DNA of 64,000 nt, taken from NCBI GenBank assembly GCA_034521595.1, contig JAXHMG010000003.1, positions 1,408,001-1,472,000 on the forward strand, in the 5' to 3' direction. This DNA is from Gemmatimonadota bacterium. GTDB lineage: Bacteria; Gemmatimonadota; Gemmatimonadetes; Longimicrobiales; Gaopeijiaceae. Positions within the stretch are counted from its first letter, which is position 1, and every line of letters starts with the position of its first letter. Below are positions 29,911 through 39,868 of the stretch, in pieces. A program made the translations under genes and the position numbers. The notes under the pieces are model-generated. The model ran no database searches and was not told the DNA's origin. It was given only the letters and a program-made list of their open reading frames with translations.

Positions 29911-31422
29911 TTAATGGTTACGCCGTGAGGCGCCTAGGGTTCGGACGGCTTCGCCGGCGACGAGCTGAACGGACTTGCCCGGCAGCCCGTGCTGGTTCAC
30001 CGCGGCCTGGATGGGAGCGGCCTTGGGCGAAACGGATTCAACCAACTCCTCCACCACGTCCCGGCCCATCCGGAACATGTCGTGGATGTGCGTATAGCCG
30101 AAGCGCGCGCTCCGCCCGGCGAGGCGAAGGTTCTCGAAGCCGTGGAGGTAGTCCAGGATCTGCTCGGCGCGCTCTTCGAAACCCACCTCGAGGATCGGGT
30201 AGGCGAATGGTGCCCGGTAGCTCCGGAACCGGAGCACGTCCTTCTCCCGAAAGAGGCCCGTTTCCTCGAGATCTTCGACCAGCATCCGCTCCAGCTTCCC
30301 CTCCTCCATGCTCCAGGCGGCATCCTCCGGCCCGCAGGGGAGTTCGACCACGATGGCGGTCCGGTCCTCCGGAGCCATGTCCGCGCTCCGGTTCTTCGAC
30401 TCGTAGATGCGTGTGTAGGGGCGATCCGCCTCCGGAAAATACAGGGAGGCATTCCGGGTCAGGTGCGGTCGGTCGAGGCAGAAGACGCCGAGGCGGAGGT
30501 GCCGGTAGCGCATGGACCCGGCCACGTGGAGGAGCTCAGGCGGCGGGGCCGGGTCGAGCAGCCGCAGCACGAGGGTGAGCGGCAGCGTGCTCACCACGAG
30601 GTCCGCCTCCACCTCGCCCGCCCCGTCCACCGTGAAGCTCCGGATGCGCCGGCCGTCGTGCCGGATGCGTGTGATGCGGCTGTCGAGACGGATGTGGTGG
30701 TGGCCGATCTCCTCCGCGAGCCGGTCGAAGATCATTCCGATCCCGTGCCTGGGGTAGTAGAACGAGCCGTCCAGATGGCGGCTGTCGCCGCCGCGCCCGA
30801 GCACGGCTTCGCGGAGGAAGGACCGTAGGTCCAGCCCTTCGAGCCGTCCGCCGGCGATCCCGGGGGAAAGCCGCTCCGTCCGCTCGCCCCACAGCTTCTC
30901 CGAGTACCCCAGGAGGAACGTCTCGGCCAGGGTTCGTCCGTAGCTCCGCACCGCGAGATCCCGGAAGCTTTCGGGCCGCGGGGTCCCGTGCAGCCCACCG
31001 GTGGCGAGGCGTCGGCCCGCGTTCTCCGCGGCGATCCGGGCGAGCATGCGCCACGGGAGCTTGGACGCGAGATCCACCGGAGCGAGGGGAAAGTCGAGGA
31101 ACCGTCCCTTCCAGAAGATCTGACTCGGCGCGTCCACGCCCAGGAGGTCGTCCCCGAGCAGGCGCCGGACCAGGGCGGTCACCGCCGGATCCTTGTCGTG
31201 CAACCGGTGGGCGCCCGTGTCGAAGAGGAACTCCCCGAGCCGCAGCGTGCGGCAGTTGCCGCCGACCCGGCCGTTCGCCTCGTAGAGGGTGAACGGAAGG
31301 CCGACTCGGCCGGCGTGGTGGGCCGTGGCGAGCCCCGCGGGCCCTCCACCCAACACGCTGAGCCGAGGACGACGCAGTGGCGCCGGTCTCGCCCCGGCCG
31401 GGGCATCACGGCTCGACGACAT
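29911..31422 (-). CDS. FAD-dependent oxidoreductase (HemY/UDP-galactopyranose-mutase-like superfamily)
   Basis: GGGPAGL, E...VGG..RT...FDTGAHR, YSEKLWG, FYYP.HG.G, AYP, GR...F.Y. Confidence 0.85.
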   Translation of the reverse strand: MSSSRDAPAGARPAPLRRPRLSVLGGGPAGLATAHHAGRVGLPFTLYEANGRVGGNCRTLRLGEFLFDTGAHRLHDKDPAVTALVRRLLGDDLLGVDAPSQIFWKGRFLDFPLAPVDLASKLPWRMLARIAAENAGRRLATGGLHGTPRPESFRDLAVRSYGRTLAETFLLGYSEKLWGERTERLSPGIAGGRLEGLDLRSFLREAVLGRGGDSRHLDGSFYYPRHGIGMIFDRLAEEIGHHHIRLDSRITRIRHDGRRIRSFTVDGAGEVEADLVVSTLPLTLVLRLLDPAPPPELLHVAGSMRYRHLRLGVFCLDRPHLTRNASLYFPEADRPYTRIYESKNRSADMAPEDRTAIVVELPCGPEDAAWSMEEGKLERMLVEDLEETGLFREKDVLRFRSYRAPFAYPILEVGFEERAEQILDYLHGFENLRLAGRSARFGYTHIHDMFRMGRDVVEELVESVSPKAAPIQAAVNQHGLPGKSVQLVAGEAVRTLGASRRNH

Positions 31423-32908
31423 ACTCGTAGACCTCCACCTCCGGCCACATCCGGTTCACGTAGGGGTTGTGGTAGAAGGTCGTGTGGTCCGAAGGCTCGA
31501 GCCCCCCGAACGGCACCGCACCTCCCACGCTGACGAGGCGCGCGGGCCCACCCCCGTCCACGAGCTCCTCGAGCGCCTCCACGTCCGTCGGGTCCTCCGC
31601 CGAAAGAAAGGTCCCGGAGACGCCTTGGGCGGAAAAGTAGAAATTCGCCAGCGGGATCGAGAAGACGTGGACCTCCGCTCCTCCGGCCTGCTCCTGCTCC
31701 CGCAGGTACTCCACGACCTGGGCGATGGCGGTGGGCTCGCGGTGCTGGATCACCAGCACGCCGGTGACCGTCACGTAGGCCAGCCCCACCGCCACCAAAG
31801 CCGCGCGCGCGCTCCGGCCCCATCCCTCCACGACCCGAGCCGCGCCCAGAGCCAACGGCAGCAGCACGAAGGGCAGGAGCGGTAGGACGTGGCGGCTCTT
31901 GTGGATGACGTTCTGGTACAGGGCGATCCAGATCAGGTACGTCCCCCAGCTCGCCGCCATCACCCCCATCATTCTTCCCGAAACGACCCTTCGGCCGGCC
32001 CTCAGCCCCACCGGCAGGAGTGCGACCACACCCGCGGAGACGAGCAGCGTCACGGGGTGTCGTCCCCACCAGTACCCACCGAGACCGTCCGCCCAGATCG
32101 ACTCCACCAACCGGAGAGACCGGCTCGCCGTATCGGGCTCGGTCATGATGGTTCCGCCGAAGTCCGCGAAATGTCCCTGGGTTTGACGTACGGCCGCGTT
32201 CATCAGCTCCGCGGGGCCGGTCAGGACGAGCAAGGGCACGAGCCAGACGATCACGCCCGCCAGCCCCCAACCCACGGCTCGGAGCTGCCTGGGGTCTTTG
32301 ACCAGAGCGGCCACGACGGGGGGAAGCAGGAAGGGGAGATAGGAGAGCCGGAGCCCCGCCAGCAACCCCGTGCCGAACAGGCCGATGGCCCGCCCGTGAC
32401 GCCCCTCGTCCACCATCAGGTGATAGAAGGCTCCCAGCGCGAGCGCCACCCCGAGCAGGTCCGGCATGTACCGGTTGCTCATGAGCCAGACGAGGGGGTT
32501 GAAGAAGACGCTCGCGGCCACGAGACCGCCCCGGAGGGAATCGAGCTCCAGCTCCAGGATCCGCAGCAGGTAGAAGACGATCCCGAAAACGGCCACGGCC
32601 CCGAGGAGGGAGAACGAGGCCGCGAAGCTCCCGGTGCCCAGATAGAGCAGCTTTCCCAGGAACGCGAACACCGGGTAGCCGGGGAAGTGCGGCTGCAGGT
32701 CCGGGATGCTGTACTCCCGGAGGCTCAGGGCGAAGCGCAGGCTGTCCGGATCCTCGATGGTGTAGACCGTGGTCGCGACCCTGCTGACCACGCAGAGCAG
32801 AAGGAACCCCAGCGCGATCCCGGCGGCGCGGCCGCCCCACCGCGACGCGGAGGAAGAGGCCTCGAGCGGCCCCTCCCTCCACGCTACGGCCGTGGACTGG
32901 AGATACAT
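31406..32908 (-). CDS. Multi-TM GT-C-fold membrane protein (DUF2723/GT39-like)
   Basis: DSLRFAL...QPHFPGYP first-loop motif, about 10 TM helices, C-terminal soluble domain. Confidence 0.65.
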   Translation of the reverse strand: MYLQSTAVAWREGPLEASSSASRWGGRAAGIALGFLLLCVVSRVATTVYTIEDPDSLRFALSLREYSIPDLQPHFPGYPVFAFLGKLLYLGTGSFAASFSLLGAVAVFGIVFYLLRILELELDSLRGGLVAASVFFNPLVWLMSNRYMPDLLGVALALGAFYHLMVDEGRHGRAIGLFGTGLLAGLRLSYLPFLLPPVVAALVKDPRQLRAVGWGLAGVIVWLVPLLVLTGPAELMNAAVRQTQGHFADFGGTIMTEPDTASRSLRLVESIWADGLGGYWWGRHPVTLLVSAGVVALLPVGLRAGRRVVSGRMMGVMAASWGTYLIWIALYQNVIHKSRHVLPLLPFVLLPLALGAARVVEGWGRSARAALVAVGLAYVTVTGVLVIQHREPTAIAQVVEYLREQEQAGGAEVHVFSIPLANFYFSAQGVSGTFLSAEDPTDVEALEELVDGGGPARLVSVGGAVPFGGLEPSDHTTFYHNPYVNRMWPEVEVYEYVVEP

Positions 32909-32923
32909 CCGTTGGTTCGGCGG

Positions 32924-34264
32924 CTACCAGGCCGCCATGTTGGCGTCCGAGAACCCGTACACGTCCTGCACGATGTCCTTCGCCGCGTTCAGATCCGCCA
33001 CCAGCTGATCGTGCGCCTCCGAGCCGGGGACCGCGTACGTCGGCGCGGTACCGAGAAGACCCGCCAAATCCTCCAGCTCGGTGTCGGAAACGAGCTTGAA
33101 CGGGTTGTACTGGAGCGCCACGACGAAGGACCGCGCTTCGGCCCAGTGCGCGTTGTAGCTGTCGTTGCTCTTGTCGGCGACCTCGTCCTCGGTCAGCTCT
33201 TCCACGTCCTCGAGGGAGTCGTTCAGATAGTGCACGACGTTGGCCGCGACCAGCTTCTCCCATCCTTCGGCCACCACCTGCCGTTCGGCGGTGACCTCTT
33301 GCGTGGTGGCCTCGTTCACGATGGCCGTGCGCCCGTTGAGGTACGCCTGGAAGATCTCGTCCGTGAAATCGACGTCGCTACCGCCGCTGTCGCGCTTCCC
33401 CGCGTAGCGGGCCCAGCCGAAGTTGTACTCGGACCGGAAGTCGATGAAACCGTCGCTGTTCGAGTCGGAGGTGAAGTCCGAGCTCTCACCGGCGAGGTCC
33501 GCGTCGCTGTACTCCTTGAAGTCACGCGCGGCGCCGAAGTACCCGAAGGATTCATCCCACTTGTGCTCCATGGAGGAGTACGGCTTGCCCTCTTCGGCCT
33601 CCGTATTGTCGGCCCCCAGGAGCACGTCGTCCGTCAGATAGACGCCGGTGCCCTGGTAGTAAACCACGGCCCCCATGAGGAGCTTCTCCACCATCTGACT
33701 CATGTGCAGACCGTCGTCGGTGGTGTAGACCGCCGGCGTGCCGAGCTTATCCGGGTCCTCGGAGTTCTCCGCGATGAGCTGGAACCAGTCGCGGATCAGC
33801 TCGTCCGCCGGGCTGCCGAACCCGATGACCGTCGCGTCGGAGATCTTCCCCGAGAGGTTCTTGTCCGTGGCGATGGCCGAGTATGCGGCCTCGAGCGCCT
33901 CCGCGCCGTCGATGCCCGTAAGCGTCTCCAGGTCGAGCTCGTCCCGGTAGTCGTAGCGGTCCAGCAAGTCCTGGACGGAGACGGGGCTGGCGTCCTCGGT
34001 CGCGAGGTTGTCGATCATGATCCTCAGGTCCTGCGTGAGCAGGTTGCGCACCGTCTGACCGGGATAGGCGACGCTAATCTCGCCGTCGACGAAGCGGCTG
34101 TCGAAGGCGTAGGCGTCCGGAACCGCGATGGGCTCGGAGCCCGGATCGTTCGGGTCGTTCGGATCGTCGGGTCCCACCGGGTTCAAGTCGTCGTCACACC
34201 CGGCGAGGCCGACGGCCGCCAAGGCGATCCCCGTCATGAAGGTCCTACGAGCGCTTCTCTGCAT
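32924..34264 (-). CDS. DUF4856-like acidic lipoprotein
   Basis: Lipobox LAGC, YPGQT.R, QMVEKLLMGA, MEHKWDESFGYFGA, FL/YL.GR.AI, WEK.VAA.VVHY.N. Confidence 0.75.
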   Translation of the reverse strand: MQRSARRTFMTGIALAAVGLAGCDDDLNPVGPDDPNDPNDPGSEPIAVPDAYAFDSRFVDGEISVAYPGQTVRNLLTQDLRIMIDNLATEDASPVSVQDLLDRYDYRDELDLETLTGIDGAEALEAAYSAIATDKNLSGKISDATVIGFGSPADELIRDWFQLIAENSEDPDKLGTPAVYTTDDGLHMSQMVEKLLMGAVVYYQGTGVYLTDDVLLGADNTEAEEGKPYSSMEHKWDESFGYFGAARDFKEYSDADLAGESSDFTSDSNSDGFIDFRSEYNFGWARYAGKRDSGGSDVDFTDEIFQAYLNGRTAIVNEATTQEVTAERQVVAEGWEKLVAANVVHYLNDSLEDVEELTEDEVADKSNDSYNAHWAEARSFVVALQYNPFKLVSDTELEDLAGLLGTAPTYAVPGSEAHDQLVADLNAAKDIVQDVYGFSDANMAAW

Positions 34265-34313
34265 TGTATCCGTCTCCTCATGTAAGATGATGTTGCTTCT
34301 GCGGCCTTAAGCC

Positions 34314-36800
34314 TCAGAACGCGATGTCCAACCCCACGTTGATCTGTCTACGGGGGCCGGGAAGGATGCCCGAGCTCAGGTTCGCCTGCGGCTGCCCGGG
34401 GTTCGAGTGGAGCCGTGAACCGATGTAGACCGCGTCGAGCAGGTTCTTGGCGGTGACCGAGAGAGTGACCCGGTCGTTCACGGCGTATCGGGCCGCGGTG
34501 TTGAAGATGTGGTAGGCGGGCACAGGACCCGTGTCGCCGCGGTTGTACGTCTCCGTAACGTTCTCGAAGTCCGTGAAGACCTCGTCCACGTACTGGACGT
34601 CCGTTCTCAAGGAGAGGCCCCACGGGAAGGTTCGGGAGAGTCCCGCCGTCACGGTGTGTCGCGGTGCGTACGTGAGCTCGTTGCCCGCGATGTCCACCTC
34701 GGCGCCCCCTGCGCGCACGGCGGAGCTGACGACACCCTTCAGGACTTCGGTGTCCAGGTAGGTGTAGCTCACGTTCAGGTCCGGCAGCACCGGGCTCAGC
34801 TCGGACGCCGCGAGGGTGGCTCCGAGCTCCGCACCCCGATTCCGGACTCGGCCCAGGTTCTTGAAGGCCGTGCCGCGGCCGGCCGCGACCAGGTTCTCGA
34901 CGGTCACGTGAAAGCCGGAAGCCTCCAGGGAGAGCCAGGGAAGGTTGGACCGGACCCCGAGCTCCGCGTTCCAGCTCTTCTCCGCGTCCAGGTCCAGCCC
35001 GCCCTCCGGCACGTCGTCGCCGAAGTTCACCACGCGGAGCGTGCCGCTGGAGGGCGGCGTGAATCCCCGGTGCACGCCCCCGAAGAGCTCATGGTCTCCC
35101 AGCCTGTAGTTGACTCCGAGCCCCGGGAGGAGCACGACGGTGGTCCGGTCCTGGTAGAGTGAGCCGCTGAGCCGATCCACCTGCTGCTGCTCGAAGAGCT
35201 CGAACCGGACGCCCGGCCGCACGGATAGGTTCCCGAAGCGGACCTGTTCCGAGGCGTGGAGCGCGAGCGCGGTCGTCTCGTAGTGGTGGCTCTGACCAAC
35301 GATGTCCACCGTCTCCGGCTCCTCCGGATCCCCGGTATAGTAGATCCCCTCGCGAGCGTCCGGAGCGTCGCCCCGCTTCTTGTCGTCGATGAACCGCTCG
35401 AAATGCACCCGGGCTCCGAAGTCGAGGGTCGCTTCCCCGCCGAAGAGCGTGTGCCCGACCTCGTAGCTCCGCTCGATGCCTCCCACGTAGAAGGTCCGCA
35501 GGATCCCGAGGTTCTGCCGGCCCCCGCCGACGCGCACCAGGTCCCCCGGCTGATAGGGAGGGACCGGCCGGATCTCGCCCTCCTGGTAGTCGGAAGCACG
35601 GACGAAGACGTCGTCTTCCCGCCACCAGCGGCGGTCGAAGAAGCTGAGGTAGAGCCGGGTGTCGTGTTGGAGGCGGGAGCTCTCCTGCTCGTTCATGATG
35701 AGGTCCAGCGACGAGCGGAAGACCCGGAAGTTGTCGTGCTCCTTGGGGTTGAACCTCGGGTTGCTGCGGAACGAGTACTCGGTGAGCCCGGTGTACGTGG
35801 CGTTGGAGTTCTCGTAGTTGACGTTCGCCTTGAGGTAGGCTACCCGGTCGTCGCTTCGCAGGAGCTGGGCCTTGAAGGTGCCGTTGGCCTGCTCGAAGGC
35901 GTTGTTCTGGCGAAAGCCGTCGCCCCGCTTGTAGAGGAGTTGAAGCTCCGGGCGAAAGGTGCGGCTACCGCCCAGCGGCAGGTCCGCCATGAGACTCGCG
36001 TAGCCGTTGTTTCCGGCGGTGAGACTCGCCACCGCCCTATCGGATCCACCGGGGCGGCTCGTCAGGTAGTTCACCACGCCGCCCATCGTCTGCGGGCCGT
36101 ATCGGATGGCGCCGCTTCCCTTGAGGACCTCGACCCGGTCGATCCGCTCCGCGGGGGGGTTGTAGTACATGTTCGGGTACATGTAGGGAGCCGGCTGGAT
36201 CGGGATCCCGTCTTCCAGGATGAGGACCCTGGAGCTCCGGCGCGGATTGAGGCCGCGAATGCCGATGCTCAGGCGGGAGTTCCCCATCCCGTCATCAGCG
36301 AATCCGTGCACGCCGGGCACGTACTGGAGGAGCTCCTGCGTCCCGATGGGTTGGAGCAGATCCACCGCAGGGGCGGAGATGTGGGTCGCCGTGCCGGGCA
36401 TTCCCTCCGATGCCGCCGAGGCGTCGGCGAGGATCCGGAGAGGGGCGAGAGAGATGGCTCTGGGCTCGAGTACGACGTCGAGGGAGGTGGCCGCGTCGGC
36501 GCGAACCACGACCGCCTCGCTCGTCCGGCCGTACCCGAGGAGCTCGAAGACGACACGCACCTCTTCGCCGGCCGGAAGATCCGCCACCACGTAACGCCCG
36601 GTCGGGTCCGTGATCGTCGACCCCAGGACGCGCCCGCCGGACTCCACGCTCACGGACGCTCCCGACACGGGCATGCCCGTGTCCGCGTCCACCGCCTGAC
36701 CGGTGATCTCGCCCCCGGATCCCGGCTGAGCTTGAGCGACGAGGCCGGCCGGAGAGATCAGGAGAAGCAGCCAGAGTCGAACGAGGTATCGCATGATCAA
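34314..36800 (-). CDS. TonB-dependent receptor (FecA-like, N-terminal carboxypeptidase-regulatory-like domain)
   Basis: IGIRGLNPRRS.R..ILEDGIP, EVLKG.G.IRYGPQT.GG.VN, AEKSWNAELG, terminal F. Confidence 0.92.
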   Translation of the reverse strand: MIMRYLVRLWLLLLISPAGLVAQAQPGSGGEITGQAVDADTGMPVSGASVSVESGGRVLGSTITDPTGRYVVADLPAGEEVRVVFELLGYGRTSEAVVVRADAATSLDVVLEPRAISLAPLRILADASAASEGMPGTATHISAPAVDLLQPIGTQELLQYVPGVHGFADDGMGNSRLSIGIRGLNPRRSSRVLILEDGIPIQPAPYMYPNMYYNPPAERIDRVEVLKGSGAIRYGPQTMGGVVNYLTSRPGGSDRAVASLTAGNNGYASLMADLPLGGSRTFRPELQLLYKRGDGFRQNNAFEQANGTFKAQLLRSDDRVAYLKANVNYENSNATYTGLTEYSFRSNPRFNPKEHDNFRVFRSSLDLIMNEQESSRLQHDTRLYLSFFDRRWWREDDVFVRASDYQEGEIRPVPPYQPGDLVRVGGGRQNLGILRTFYVGGIERSYEVGHTLFGGEATLDFGARVHFERFIDDKKRGDAPDAREGIYYTGDPEEPETVDIVGQSHHYETTALALHASEQVRFGNLSVRPGVRFELFEQQQVDRLSGSLYQDRTTVVLLPGLGVNYRLGDHELFGGVHRGFTPPSSGTLRVVNFGDDVPEGGLDLDAEKSWNAELGVRSNLPWLSLEASGFHVTVENLVAAGRGTAFKNLGRVRNRGAELGATLAASELSPVLPDLNVSYTYLDTEVLKGVVSSAVRAGGAEVDIAGNELTYAPRHTVTAGLSRTFPWGLSLRTDVQYVDEVFTDFENVTETYNRGDTGPVPAYHIFNTAARYAVNDRVTLSVTAKNLLDAVYIGSRLHSNPGQPQANLSSGILPGPRRQINVGLDIAF

Positions 36801-37027
36801 AAGATCCTGGGGTTCTGGTGGCGCGAGCGGACCTCGTGCGTCCGGCTCGAATCCGCGGGGGTCGCCTCCGTTCCCGAAACCTCGAGATCGAACATCATCA
36901 CCCCGTAGCTTCCCTCGTCTTCGGGCTCACGCTCTTGCGGCGGGAGGATCGGGTCGTCCTCGCAGCCGGGGAGGACGAAAGCCGCCATCCCGATCAGGAT
37001 CAGATGGCGTGCGTGCCGGAGGGCCAT
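36797..37027 (-). CDS. Small lipoprotein
   Basis: Hydrophobic stretch with lipobox VLPGC; ATGA overlap with the TonB receptor. Confidence 0.6.
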   Translation of the reverse strand: MALRHARHLILIGMAAFVLPGCEDDPILPPQEREPEDEGSYGVMMFDLEVSGTEATPADSSRTHEVRSRHQNPRIF

Positions 37028-37093
37028 GGGCGATTCCCTTTTCGGAGCGAATGCGTCGAGGCGCGGTGCCGCTCGCGCTGAGCAAGGTTATCC

Positions 37094-37134
37094 GGAATGA
37101 TTCTTATTAGATGAGATTGAAACCAATTCTCATC
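37094..37134. promoter_or_regulatory. Putative Fur-type operator(s)
   Basis: AT-rich GGAATGATTCTTATTAG plus palindrome GATGAGATTG-AAAC-CAATTCTCATC, just downstream of the promoter. Confidence 0.65.
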
Positions 37135-37142
37135 TGCGGCCC

Positions 37143-37171
37143 AAGCTAGGCGGGGTCGCTTGGGCGGTCAA
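37143..37171 (-). promoter_or_regulatory. Sigma70-type promoter of the TonB operon
   Basis: TTGACC-17 nt-TAGCTT. Confidence 0.6.
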
Positions 37172-37304
37172 GTGAGGGGCGTGAGGGAGCGGTGCCGCTC
37201 GCTTGGGACGTAGCGCCCACGCCACTACGGCACGATCATCGAGACGGCGGGACATGAACTCGTGGTGAACGACGCATCACGGGAGCCCGCTCCCGGCCGT
37301 CACC

Positions 37305-37709
37305 TCATCCGAGGATTCGGAAATCCACTCCCACCGCCTCGTACGTCGACACCGCTCGGCCGTCACGGGTGAGGAGCACGGCCCCGGCTCGCTTGGCCGT
37401 GGCCCCGATGAGGGCGTCGTACACGCTTCCCCCGGAGATGCCGCGACCGAGGGAAGACCTCAGCAGTGAGCGGTAGTCGCTTCCGGGAAGGATCAGGAGC
37501 TCCGGCTCGAATCGGTCGCCCAGGAACGCTTCCACTACCGCGGCCGGGGCACGGTGCGGCGGAGGAAGGCGCGTAAGAACCGAGTAGCTCTCCAGGAGGA
37601 CGTGGGCCGGAAGATGCGCTTCCCCCGGCACCGCCTCCCGAGCCGACTCGTGAGCCTCGTGCCAACTCGCGAACAGCGCCACCACGACGCTGGTATCGAC
37701 AGCGATCAC
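37305..37709 (-). CDS. vapC: VapC PIN-domain toxin
   Basis: VDTSVVV, E.YSVLTRLP, YDALIG..A, LLTRD. Confidence 0.88.
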   Translation of the reverse strand: MIAVDTSVVVALFASWHEAHESAREAVPGEAHLPAHVLLESYSVLTRLPPPHRAPAAVVEAFLGDRFEPELLILPGSDYRSLLRSSLGRGISGGSVYDALIGATAKRAGAVLLTRDGRAVSTYEAVGVDFRILG

Positions 37710-37951
37710 CGCCGCGTACGCTCCAGGGTCTCCCGCACGATCTCGTCGGTGAGGGGAGGAAGCTCCTCGTCCGGAACCGCGGCGCTGCCACCGCTTCCCT
37801 CGACCAGGGACATCGGAGTGGCCGCGGGTTCGATCTCGATCCTGCCATCGCGCTCGCGGATGTCGAGGAGCTCGCCGCCACGTAGGCCAAGTCGCTGGCG
37901 GAGAGCTTTCGGAATGACCACCCGCCCCGCACCATCAATGGTAGATCTCAT
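37706..37951 (-). CDS. vapB: AbrB/MazE-family VapB antitoxin
   Basis: TIDGAGRVVIPKALR..LGL..G; GTGA overlap with the toxin. Confidence 0.88.
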   Translation of the reverse strand: MRSTIDGAGRVVIPKALRQRLGLRGGELLDIRERDGRIEIEPAATPMSLVEGSGGSAAVPDEELPPLTDEIVRETLERTRR

Positions 37952-38084
37952 GGGTTGAAAATGGTATCACGCCGCCGCGACGGCAATGTATAACGGTTCG
38001 GGAAGCGGCAGCGGCTCCAGTCTTCGGTGCACACGTGGGACGCTTGCGGCCGGCTCAGCGATGCTCGTATGCTACGAGTGATCG

Positions 38085-38525
38085 CTTCGGGCTCGCCACT
38101 GGCCCGGACCGCTACCGGACCGACGCGGACGGCGACCCCCGCCTCCCGCTCGGCTCCCAGCTCCCGACCCGCTTCGCCATCCCGTCCCTACACCGCGCGC
38201 GTCCCGGGGTCATCGTCTTCTCCGCCCGCGGCGAGTACCGGGGCGGACACGTGCAGAGGCCGCCAACGACTACTGGTTCGACGCCGACTACTTCAAGCTG
38301 CGCAGCGTGTCCGCCACCGTCCCCGTCGGCTTCGCGTTCCCCGACCGAGTCACCGAGGCGCTCCTCACCGTCAGCCTCGCGCACGCCCTCACCTGGTACG
38401 AGGACGTGCCCTGGTGGGACGTCGAGATCCCGGGCAACGAGGGCGCCAACGACGACGGCGTCGGGACGTCCGAGCGCGTGCCGGCGCCGACGACGCTGAC
38501 GTTCAGCTTACGGGTGCGGTTCTGA
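38085..38525 (+). pseudogene. Remnant of a SusC/RagA-type TonB receptor C-terminus
   Basis: Frame-broken pieces: LGSQLPTRF...FSARGEYRGGH and DADYFKLRSVSATVPV...PAPTTLTFSLRVRF*. Confidence 0.65.
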
Positions 38526-38628
38526 GGCATGCCGGACGGCCCGGTCGAGCCGGCTTCATTGACCACCGGTCGCCACGGCTTATGCTTCGAGTCTCGCCCC
38601 ATCTCTCTAGCCGCACCCCGAGCGCCCC

Positions 38629-39858
38629 GTGAGCCGACTTTCGCTATCGAAGGACCGCATCAAATTCCTCTTGCTGGAAGGCATACATCCGGCGGCCCGG
38701 GAGGCGTTGCGCGAGGCCGGCTACACCAATGTCGAGTCGCACGCGGGATCGCTGACCCCCGACGAGCTCGAGAAGGCGATCGCCGACGCCCACTTCGTGG
38801 GCATCCGCTCGCGCACGCAGCTCACGGCCGACGTGTTGGATGCGGCGGAGAAGCTCACGGCGGTCGGCTGCTTCTGTATCGGCACGAACCAGGTGGACCT
38901 CGACGCGGCGGAGCTGAAGGGTGTGCCGGTCTTCAACGCGCCGTTCTCCAACACCCGGAGCGTGGCCGAGCTGGTGCTGGCCGAGGTGGTGTTCCTCCTT
39001 CGCGGCATTCCCGCCAAGAACGCCGCCGCGCACCGCGGCGAGTGGACCAAGTCCGCGGCTCACTCCTACGAGATGCGCGGCAAGAAGCTCGGCATCGTCG
39101 GCTACGGTCACATCGGCAGCCAGCTCGGCGTGTTGGCCGAGGCGCTCGGCATGGAGGTCATCTACCACGACGTCGAGAACAAGCTACCCCTGGGCAACGC
39201 CTCGGTCCGTGACCACCTGTCGGACCTGCTGGAAGAGGCCGATGTCGTGACGCTGCACGTACCCGAGACGCCCGCGACCCGGATGATGATCGGCCCCGCG
39301 GAGCTCGCGACCATGCGCGCCGGCACCTACTTCGTCAACGCCTCCCGGGGGAGCGTGGTCGACATCGACGCCCTGGCCGAGGCGCTGGAGTCGGGCCACC
39401 TGGCCGGCGCTGCCGTGGACGTCTTTCCCGAAGAGCCGGAATCCAACAGCGATCCCCTGGTCTCGCCGCTCACGGAGTTCGACAACGTGATCCTGACGCC
39501 CCATATCGGGGGCAGCACCCAGGAAGCCCAGAAGAACATCGCGCTGGAAGTCGCCGGCAAGCTCGTCAAATACTCGGACAACGGCTCCACCACCCAAGCC
39601 GTCAACTTCCCCCAGGTGTCCCTGCCGGAGAACGAGGAGTTCAGGCGTATCCTCCACGTGCACCGCAACGTCTCCGGCGTCCTCGAGAAGATCAACCACA
39701 TCTTCTCCGAAGAAGGCATCAACGTCGCCGCCCAGTATCTACAGACCTCCCCCCGCGTGGGTTACGTGGTGATGGATGCCGAAGTCGACGACGCCTGGGG
39801 TCTGGTCGATCGGCTCAAGGGGATCGACGGCACCATCCGCACCCGACTTCTCTACTGA
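38629..39858 (+). CDS. serA: D-3-phosphoglycerate dehydrogenase, short E. coli-type (one ACT domain)
   Basis: GIRSRT, CIGTNQVD, NAPFSNTRSVAE, GYGHIG, TPHIGGSTQEAQ, H.H.N..GVL. Confidence 0.95.
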   Translation: MSRLSLSKDRIKFLLLEGIHPAAREALREAGYTNVESHAGSLTPDELEKAIADAHFVGIRSRTQLTADVLDAAEKLTAVGCFCIGTNQVDLDAAELKGVPVFNAPFSNTRSVAELVLAEVVFLLRGIPAKNAAAHRGEWTKSAAHSYEMRGKKLGIVGYGHIGSQLGVLAEALGMEVIYHDVENKLPLGNASVRDHLSDLLEEADVVTLHVPETPATRMMIGPAELATMRAGTYFVNASRGSVVDIDALAEALESGHLAGAAVDVFPEEPESNSDPLVSPLTEFDNVILTPHIGGSTQEAQKNIALEVAGKLVKYSDNGSTTQAVNFPQVSLPENEEFRRILHVHRNVSGVLEKINHIFSEEGINVAAQYLQTSPRVGYVVMDAEVDDAWGLVDRLKGIDGTIRTRLLY

Positions 39859-39868
39859 CCACCGATCC

